Shown here: positions 57,682-64,000 of the stretch, piece by piece
Layout of the letters: every line of letters starts with the position of its first letter
Numbering within the stretch: position 1 is the first letter of the stretch
Source: Candidatus Palauibacter sp.
GTDB lineage: Bacteria; Gemmatimonadota; Gemmatimonadetes; Palauibacterales; Palauibacteraceae
Assembly (NCBI RefSeq): GCF_965221685.1
Contig: NZ_OZ244907.1
Strand: one strand, 5' to 3'
Length of the DNA stretch: 64,000 nt
Program-made: the position numbers and the translations under genes
The notes under the pieces: generated by a model
Seen by the model: the letters and a program-made list of their open reading frames with translations, nothing else
Database searches by the model: none
Told to the model about the DNA's origin: nothing

Positions 57682-58651
57682 GCCCCCCTGCTTCGTGGAA
57701 AGAAACAGGGTCTTCTAGCCCAGCATCGCGTTGCCGTGAGGCGTGGCCTGAAGCGGAGAGCGATTCCCGCAAATTGAGGCGGTTTCCCCGCTGTTCCAGC
57801 GCTGCGGGAAGAGATACGGTTCAAGGGCAAGAAACGCGGATCCGCGTCCGAACTCGAATCCCAGGCCCGTACCCACGATCAGGCGGTCATCGATCCAGAT
57901 GAGATTGTGGACCACGGCACCCACGTCTTCCGGTCGGCCGGAGAGTCCCGCGACCCTAGGCGACATCGAGCGCTTGTTCCTTGACTCCGAGTTGAGGAGG
58001 CACCGGTTCCAGCCCCACGCCACGGTCTCGGACGCCTACTGGCTTCGCTCCGTCCCGGACGCGCGCGCGGTCACCTTCAAGCCGGCCGTGTTCGAACGTC
58101 ACCCGTCCACGGTGGAGCTACTCACCTACGGGAACCCCACCTTCAACGATCTGTTGCTCGAAGTCGCCGAGCCGGACGGCGACGACTCCTCTGACACCGC
58201 GGCCGCTGAAGCCGGAGCGGCTCTCGTGCTGCACGATCCCGGACCTCCGCCCGTCGCCGTCTGCGTTGTCAAGGAAGAATGCCGATCTCTCCACCGTCGC
58301 AAGTGTTGCCGATTACCGGACGGCGGCGCAGCAGGGGGATGTCGCTTGGTCCGATTCGGACAGGAAACGCGCGTTCGCCGTGCTTCGCGAAGCGCGCGCC
58401 CGCGTGGAGGAGGAGGCCGCTACGGTCTCGCGTCGAATGCGGGGGCCAAGCTGCGCGGCCTGCGCGAGGAGGCTCGCCGGATTCTCATCGAGAGCGCGCA
58501 CATCGTCGAGGCCCGGGATGGGTTGTTCGCCGGCAACGGCTTCGACCGCCTCTTGAAGCGGGGAGTGCCGTATCCCGGCCTCATCACGGTGGCCAGCGGC
58601 AGCATGCCCTCCATGATTGCCACGGATACCCCATTGGGTTACCATGATTCC

Positions 58652-58990
58652 ATGCAGACCGTTGCCGAGACACCCACCTTCTCCCGTCAAGCCGACAAGC
58701 TCTTCAACGAGGACGAGAGACGCGAACTGATCGACTACCTGGCCGAGCATCCCTTGGCAGGGGACGAGATCCCCGGCACCGGCGGGGTCCGAAAAATGCG
58801 ATTCGGAGCGTCGGGGCGCGGTAAGCGAGGTGGTGCCCGCGTGATCTATTTGTTCGGGGGCGAAGGAATGCCGATCTACGCGCTTCTCGCCTACGCGAAG
58901 TCCGACAAGACCGACCTGACTCCCGGCGAGCGCCGAGCGGTGGCCGCGCTCGCAGCCGCCATCAAACTCCACGGAAGGCAGAGGAAATGA
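58652..58990 (+). CDS. HigB-2/Gp49-family (RelE/ParE-superfamily) toxin
   Basis: GTGGVRKMRFGASGRGKRGGARVIYLFGGEGMPIYALLAYAKSDKTDLT matches the Gp49/HigB-2 pattern. ATGA overlap with the downstream HTH gene (toxin-first order). Confidence 0.7.
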   Translation: MQTVAETPTFSRQADKLFNEDERRELIDYLAEHPLAGDEIPGTGGVRKMRFGASGRGKRGGARVIYLFGGEGMPIYALLAYAKSDKTDLTPGERRAVAALAAAIKLHGRQRK

Positions 58991-59271
58991 GCACGTTCGG
59001 AGAAGACCTGATCCAGTCCTTGAACGAGGCCTTGGACCATGCCAAGGGGGAGGGTCCCGCCATCGTTCACGCCCCGATCTCCCCCCGCGAGGTTCGGATA
59101 GAGGCGAGGCTGACGCAGATTCAAATGGCGGCCCTGATGGGAATGAGCCTGTCTGGCTACCGAAAGTGGGAGCAGGGGAGACGACGTGTCAGCGGCCCGG
59201 CAGCGGCGCTTCTGCGCATCATCAAGCACGATCCCAACGCTGTGAGGCATGCATTGGTGCCGTCGCCATGA
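58987..59271 (+). CDS. XRE-family HTH antitoxin (HigA-2-like)
   Basis: EVRIEARLTQIQMAALMGMSLSGYRKWEQGRRRVSGPAAALLRII is an XRE HTH. 94 aa. Confidence 0.7.
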   Translation: MSTFGEDLIQSLNEALDHAKGEGPAIVHAPISPREVRIEARLTQIQMAALMGMSLSGYRKWEQGRRRVSGPAAALLRIIKHDPNAVRHALVPSP

Positions 59272-59498
59272 GCAGGAGAATGCTCTGGCAGGCGCGGTTG
59301 AGGAAGAGGATGCGCCGACGGACGCGGCGGAGCGCCTGTCGGCCTCGCCGGTGGGGGAAGCGTGAGCCCAGCGGGTGAGCCCGCCGCATCTTGGGACCGG
59401 ATGCCGGGTCCGAGTACGGAGTCGCAGGTGGATGCGTACCGCACGGCTTGAACGAGCGCGCCGACGACCTCGAATGACCTCGAAATCGACCGCTTGGA

Positions 59499-59618
59499 TT
59501 CCCGCCGTTAACCACTGCATTCCGGCCATTCGAGACGGTCGAATCCGATTGGGCTTCAACGGCAGAAGTGGCGGATCGTTGTAGCCCTAGTTAGACTTAC
59601 GTGATCTCCTACCGTGAT
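59499..59618. repeat. ~120-bp imperfect direct repeat, copy A
   Basis: Shares with copy B a conserved 5' block TTCCCGC.G.TTA.AACC.CTGCATTCCGGCCATT.GA and a 3' block AGTGGCGGATC...TTAGACTT.CGTGAT.TCCT..CGTGAT around a ~32-nt variable core. Contains hairpin ATTCGA-gacgg-TCGAAT. Confidence 0.5.
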
Positions 59619-59682
59619 TCGTCGCCTTGGCATTCTGCGTTTCCACTTGGCTCCCCCCCTGAAGCTGGCCCCTTTCAACGAG

Positions 59683-59976
59683 TCAGTAATGACCCCGAGC
59701 TCGGAGGAACTTGACTTCCCCGTTCGTAGCTTTGTAAAGCAGGCGATTCTTCTGGTCGATCCTCCGCGACCACTGACCGGACCGATCACCAGAGAGGGCT
59801 TCGGGTTTCCCCCTACCGGTGGCTAGGTCTCGGCACGCTTCCGAGATCAGCTTCAGGATGTGATTGCACTTCTTGGGGTCCTTCTTCGACCAGTACAGCA
59901 GATCCTTCAAGCAGTGCTTATGGAAGAGGGAGTCCCTAGGTTTTTCTGTGACCACTCCGCTTTCTTCTGTGGTCAC
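59683..59976 (-). CDS. yoeB: YoeB/Txe-family toxin
   Basis: KDLLYWSKKDPKKCNHILKLISEACRDLATGRGKPEALSGDRSGQWSRRIDQKNRLLYKATNGEVKFLRARGHY is co-linear with YoeB, including the C-terminal HY. Confidence 0.8.
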   Translation of the reverse strand: MTTEESGVVTEKPRDSLFHKHCLKDLLYWSKKDPKKCNHILKLISEACRDLATGRGKPEALSGDRSGQWSRRIDQKNRLLYKATNGEVKFLRARGHY

Positions 59977-60257
59977 TCCTCAGCAAGACCGAGAAAATCT
60001 CGGAGCTCATCAACGCTCATTCGTACATACGACTCGCGATCTTCGATCGCCTCTCGCAAGGCATTAGCGTTCTCCGGATACGAGAGACAAAGTGTCTCTC
60101 GCGAGCCTGAGTCTAGCTCGGCGGGTACGGCGACCGGCCCGCCTGCTTCGGTGCCATCAGCGCGCCACTCGCCTTCTGGTGCAGTCCCGGCGACCGAGCC
60201 AAGCACGAATCCTACAACGCTGGCCGTGGCGGCCGAGCTGCAGTTGAACGTAGTCAT
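59973..60257 (-). CDS. YefM-like antitoxin with atypical/possibly disrupted N-terminus
   Basis: C-terminus ETLCLSYPENANALREAIEDRESYVRMSVDELRDFLGL matches the YefM C-terminal toxin-binding region. The N-terminal 50 aa do not resemble the Phd/YefM fold. 4-nt overlap with yoeB. Confidence 0.45.
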   Translation of the reverse strand: MTTFNCSSAATASVVGFVLGSVAGTAPEGEWRADGTEAGGPVAVPAELDSGSRETLCLSYPENANALREAIEDRESYVRMSVDELRDFLGLAEE

Positions 60258-60258
60258 G

Positions 60259-60669
60259 TCACCAACCCTCCTGTGACGCCCGCTCGTTTAGCATGGCGAT
60301 AAGGCTACGCAGCGCCGACTCCTGTAGGACGAATCGACCCCGCACATGAACGGGGACGGTCCCCATCTTTTCAACCTCCGCACGCTGCTCCTTAGGCGTT
60401 CCTAAGACGAGAGGAAAGGGAGCGTGTCCAATCACCAGCTGGAACTGGTTATCGACACGCTGCAGGATGAACTGGTCAGCGGCAACAGCGGGTGAGCCAT
60501 CGTCGTTCCATCGCAAGCCGACTTGGATGGTTGCTTCTTCGTGCTCGCGCGGCTTGTCGTTCTTGCGTGGCATGTAAGAACCGCTTGCTTTGAGGTGTGG
60601 TTTGGTATTCTCGTCCCCCCATCCACCGGTGTTCACAACATCGGGGAACGATAGCGAGCCGCGTTCCAT
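60259..60669 (-). CDS. hypothetical protein
   Basis: ORF 60259..60729, internal Met chosen. No recognisable motifs; moderate codon bias. Confidence 0.3.
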   Translation of the reverse strand: MERGSLSFPDVVNTGGWGDENTKPHLKASGSYMPRKNDKPREHEEATIQVGLRWNDDGSPAVAADQFILQRVDNQFQLVIGHAPFPLVLGTPKEQRAEVEKMGTVPVHVRGRFVLQESALRSLIAMLNERASQEGW

Positions 60670-61305
60670 GCGGCAACATCCCGGCACAAGCCAATACGAG
60701 CCTAGCGCGCGGCTAGTTCCAGCCCACACCTAGGCCAGAACGTAGCCAGTACGTAGCGCCCAGTCGCCATCTCGGAGACGCCGCCGGTCGATCCCGGCGA
60801 ACGACCGTATCTTGGCCAAGGGATCCGCGGGCTTCCGCTCGGCGGTCTCCAGCGCCGCTAGATACTTGTTCCTTCTGAGCCCTCCCCCGGATCGCCCTCG
60901 GACGCGTCCCCCGCTCGCGATAAGCTCGCGTCGCCTCACGAGCCGCCGGGAAATGGCGGGTGCATCTGGTTCGCCCGTCTTCAGGCGGATCGGTGCATTC
61001 AGATTTGATGGACGCACAGACCGGCCGCCCTCCGTTCGGCGTAACGATATCGTCGGACACCCGATGCGCTAGGGAGATCGATAGCCGGGATTCTTCGGCA
61101 GGTATCGCCGAGTCCGCGCCTTTCCTGCACGGCCAGATGGCGAGCGCATGGGGGGCATCGGTGGAGCAGCGGGTCGAGTACCGTGGCGGCCAAGAGGTCA
61201 TGGCCACCACGGTACTCGACGGCTTCTAGCAGCTAGTCGCTCCATGTAACCTCCATGAAGGCCGATGGTCGGCCTCACCGGGCGTCCACAGAGACTGGGT
61301 AGAAA

Positions 61306-61425
61306 TTCCCGCTGCTTATAACCGCATTCCGGCCATTTGACGATGATTGAGTCGGATACATGTACAACAGCAATAGTGGCGGATCATGCAGTCCTGATTA
61401 GACTTGCGTGATTTCCTGTCGTGAT
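61306..61425. repeat. ~120-bp imperfect direct repeat, copy B
   Basis: See copy A. The same orientation, 1.8 kb downstream, bracketing the yoeB/yefM-like module and the hypothetical ORF. Confidence 0.5.
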
Positions 61426-61471
61426 ATGAGCGTCAGGTGATCCGCATACTCCTTGTACATGTACCGATACT

Positions 61472-61903
61472 TTAGTCGACAGGTGTCCGTTTCTCGAGGG
61501 CAAGTTCGGCGAGTAAGGTGGATGCTCGTGCAATGATTCGGAGGGCTGCCGTCGATACCTCGTCAGATATTCCTCCTCTGTGCGTGACGAACCATAAGAA
61601 GCTGCGATCCTTTGCACTCCACGTTCCTTCCAGCTCTTTTTCGGCAATCCGCTTGAGTAGACGCGCCGCTTGCTCCTTTTCGGTAGATGCAATCCTGTCC
61701 GCTGCAATCAACTTGATCAGCCGCTCCTTGATCCAATCGAGCACTTCCTCATCGTTCGGGGTAGCCACGCCTCCTCCAGGTTGACCTTCCGTAGTCACTT
61801 CGATCTTCTCGTTGCCCATCGGGTGCAATCCGTCCTCACCATGTCCCTGCCATCCCTCTTCGATGGTTACCTCAATAGCCGGCGGCATCTGTGCGTCGTC
61901 CAT
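61472..61903 (-). CDS. hypothetical acidic protein
   Basis: Internal Met of ORF 61472..62038; no recognisable motifs; lower-GC region. Confidence 0.3.
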   Translation of the reverse strand: MDDAQMPPAIEVTIEEGWQGHGEDGLHPMGNEKIEVTTEGQPGGGVATPNDEEVLDWIKERLIKLIAADRIASTEKEQAARLLKRIAEKELEGTWSAKDRSFLWFVTHRGGISDEVSTAALRIIARASTLLAELALEKRTPVD

Positions 61904-62434
61904 CGTCGGATCCCTCCGTACTTCTATCAGACAAAGCTTGTTCCGTTTTTTCAGTGTTCCATCGTAATGCGGGCGGTGCCGGATGTCACCCGGCACCGGT
62001 AACCGGTTGGTACGCTTCGGCAAGCCGACGGGCACCAAACAGGAGGGGATTCGGCGGCCACCCGTCCGCGGCGATCTGTCAACCGAAACCGAAGATGTGG
62101 CGGGTCCGCAACTGCTGCGGGATAGGTGAAGTGCCGTCGTCGAGACGGGTCCTCAGTTGACACAGATGAGGCGGTGTCGGCGGCGTTTCGCAGCAAGTCG
62201 GACGCTGATAGTCCTGTGATGTCCGGTGTCGTCTATTAGCAGTTCGTAACATCCTTTATCCTCAACGCTTTAGGTAGGAATCCTCCTACCTCCTCCGTCC
62301 AGCGACGGTCCTTGCCATCCCGCTCCATCCCAGATACAATTAGGGGATAGATAATGTGAACAGAAACCCCACGAAACGCCCGCGAGGCACAGCCCAGCGG
62401 CCGCCATCCCTACAAGCGGCTCTCGGCCCCCTTC

Positions 62435-63571
62435 GTGCGCTCCGCTCCGCCCGGTCGGCACTGCGACGGGAACGGACTTTACCTCTACGTCCAGAAGACC
62501 GGAACCCGAAGCTGGATTCAACGGCTCGTCATCCGGGGCCGCAAGCGCGAGCTCGGACTCGGCAGCGTCGAACTGGTCTCTTTGGCCGAAGCCAGGGAGC
62601 AGGCGCTCGCCAACCGCAAGCTCGCCCGTTCGGGCGGCGATCCCTTGGCCGAGAAACGGCGGCTGGTCGGCATCCCCACCTTTGCCGAGGCCGCCAAGCG
62701 TGTCGTCGAGCAGAAGCGGGCCGGGTGGCGGAGCGCGGCCTACGCCAAGGAGTGGTTCCGTAACTTGGAGATTCACGCCTTCCCCCGCATCGGGGATGTG
62801 GCCGTCTCGGAGGTCACGAGCGGCGACGTGTTGGACATCCTCACCCCCATCTGGCACACCAAGGCTCCCACGGCCCGGTTCGTCCACATGCGGGTCCGGG
62901 CGGTCTTGGAATGGGCCATCGCCATGGAATGGAGGACCGACAACCCCTGCGACTGGATCCTTCACCTGCTCGGCCCGCAGCACGATGTCGTCACCCACCA
63001 CAAGGCCCTGCCTCACGGCGAGGTCGCCGACGCCATCGGGAAGGTGCGGGCTGGGGAGCCGGAGAGGGTGGACACGTTGGCCTTCGAGTTCCTCGTGTTG
63101 ACGGCGGCGCGGGGCGCCGAGGTCCGTGGCGCGGTGTGGAGCGAGATGGATGAACGCTCGGGTGTTTGGACGATCCCCGCAAGGAGGATGAAGACCGGGC
63201 GCGAGCAGCGGGTGCCGCTGTGCGGGCGGGCGCTGGTGATTCTGGAGGCGGCCCGGAAGCTGGAGGGCGGGAAGAACCCGGTCGTGTTCGTGAACGAGCG
63301 CGGGAGGGCGTTGGACGGGAAGCGGCTGAACCGGCTGTTGAGGAAGCACGGGATCGCGGCGGTGCCGCACGGGTTCCGGTCGTCGTTCCGGGACTGGGCG
63401 GCGGAGAGGACGGATCATCCACGGGAGGTGGTCGAGGCGGCGCTGGCGCATGTGGTCAAGAGCAAGGTCGAGGCCGCCGACCGGCGCACGGACCTGTTCG
63501 AGCGGCGTCGTCGGCTCATGGCCGACTGGGAAGCGTATCTCGCGGGCCGGAGAGCGGGCACCGGAACCTGA
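62435..63571 (+). CDS. int: P4/CP4-57-type tyrosine integrase (Arm DNA-binding domain DUF4102-like + catalytic core)
   Basis: HCDGNGLYLYVQKTGTRSWIQRL Arm-type N-terminal motif. Catalytic R...HxxR...Y region (LTAARGAEV, HGFRSSFRDWAAE, AHVVKSKVEAAY-like). First usable start is a GTG inside the conserved N-terminal motif. Confidence 0.85.
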   Translation: MRSAPPGRHCDGNGLYLYVQKTGTRSWIQRLVIRGRKRELGLGSVELVSLAEAREQALANRKLARSGGDPLAEKRRLVGIPTFAEAAKRVVEQKRAGWRSAAYAKEWFRNLEIHAFPRIGDVAVSEVTSGDVLDILTPIWHTKAPTARFVHMRVRAVLEWAIAMEWRTDNPCDWILHLLGPQHDVVTHHKALPHGEVADAIGKVRAGEPERVDTLAFEFLVLTAARGAEVRGAVWSEMDERSGVWTIPARRMKTGREQRVPLCGRALVILEAARKLEGGKNPVVFVNERGRALDGKRLNRLLRKHGIAAVPHGFRSSFRDWAAERTDHPREVVEAALAHVVKSKVEAADRRTDLFERRRRLMADWEAYLAGRRAGTGT

Positions 63572-63599
63572 AACCCCCGCGACCGGCGTGCGACTGCCC

Positions 63600-63965
63600 T
63601 CACTCCAGCGGCCCCTCCCACGGGTGAAGTTCGACTTCCAGCCATAGAGCCTCCGCGGGGTAGTTGCGGGCCGACTCTTCGATCACGAACCGTTTGATGA
63701 CCCGGCACCAAGGGTAATAGCACTTGGGGTTTTCGGGCGTACCGTCCATGCCCCACACGTAGGGAGAACGGCTGACGCGAAGTGTCCAAATCGCGTCACG
63801 GGCGAGGGCCCAGCTCACGCGGCCTTCGGCCACGACCCCATCCTGCCGAAGGCGGACATGTACATGGATTGACCCTGATTCCGGCACGTCGATGATCGGA
63901 CCCTTCCCGTTCGCATCAAAGTCGGTTGCGCTTACGGTCAGGCCCGTCCCGCCGGAGACCTGCAA
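63600..63965 (-). CDS. hypothetical protein
   Basis: 121-aa ORF with reasonable codon bias, no motif recognised. Confidence 0.3.
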   Translation of the reverse strand: MQVSGGTGLTVSATDFDANGKGPIIDVPESGSIHVHVRLRQDGVVAEGRVSWALARDAIWTLRVSRSPYVWGMDGTPENPKCYYPWCRVIKRFVIEESARNYPAEALWLEVELHPWEGPLE

Positions 63966-64000
63966 CTCAAGACCGGCGAGGCCGGACGGGTCGGCGGGCG

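Noticed and set aside
57899-58651. N-terminal 250 aa of ORF 57899..58990 as part of the toxin gene
   Set aside because: The toxin family is ~110 aa, and an internal ATG at 58652 gives the canonical length. The upstream part has weak codon bias
59530-59550. GGTCGAATCC, a tRNA T-loop-like motif inside repeat copy A (considered as a tRNA gene or tRNA-derived att site)
   Set aside because: No acceptor, D or anticodon arms can be folded around it, and the motif lacks one T relative to GGTTCGAATCC. Treated as part of the repeat only
1-64000. Search for CRISPR arrays, rRNA and tRNA genes
   Set aside because: No spacer-repeat periodicity, no rRNA-like conserved blocks and no convincing cloverleaf candidates seen. 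Only the paired 120-bp repeats and isolated palindromes were found

Overview
This is a high-GC segment from a Gram-negative-type (diderm) bacterial chromosome; lipobox and Tat signal peptides and outer-membrane beta-barrel genes are present. GC-rich spurious antisense ORFs are abundant in the six-frame track. Three zones are apparent. (1) 1-6.9 kb is the end of an integrative/mobilizable element. It carries an XRE regulator, AlpA, a candidate oriT, MobC, a MobA/VirD2-type relaxase with a MobB-like gene embedded in another frame, and a complete EcoRII-type restriction-modification operon (C5-methyltransferase, EcoRII-like endonuclease, Vsr) with overlapping start/stop codons. An AT-rich junction and a truncated plant-type LRR gene follow. 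(2) 6.9-45.7 kb is core-like: pdxH, NSS and SulP transporters, NPP-family phosphatase, isoaspartyl peptidase, GNAT, M28 peptidase, an SSS transporter with small subunit, cyclase, a tandem pair of paralogous unknown genes with DoxX, a BNR/sortilin-like protein, D-aminoacylase, CapA, racemase, AcnX large and small subunits, M20 amidohydrolase, DUF481 OMP, SRAP, C-N hydrolase, alpha/beta hydrolase, VapBC, HAD, NudC, a TolB-like propeller, SRPBCC and a GcvT-family gene. (3) 45.7-64 kb is a visibly lower-GC accessory island. It holds a Fic protein, a degraded IS110 transposase (frameshift plus in-frame TAG), and then a tightly overlapping 7-gene operon. That operon encodes an IscS-like cysteine desulfurase, a DndC/SspD-like PAPS-reductase-family protein, a DUF262-DUF1524 (SspE/GmrSD-like) nuclease, a minimal SNF2 ATPase, a ParB-like protein, a second ParB-HTH protein and an MBL-fold hydrolase. 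I cannot map it onto canonical Dnd, Ssp, Dpd, BREX or DISARM systems, and it is the best candidate for a novel DNA sulfur-modification/defence system. Downstream are HigB-like/XRE and YoeB/YefM-like toxin-antitoxin pairs, two ~120-bp imperfect direct repeats 1.8 kb apart, and a P4-type tyrosine integrase whose 5' end looks irregular. I found no rRNA, tRNA or CRISPR array. Coordinates derived from ORF-track offsets should be exact. Hand-placed motif coordinates may be off by 1-2 nt.
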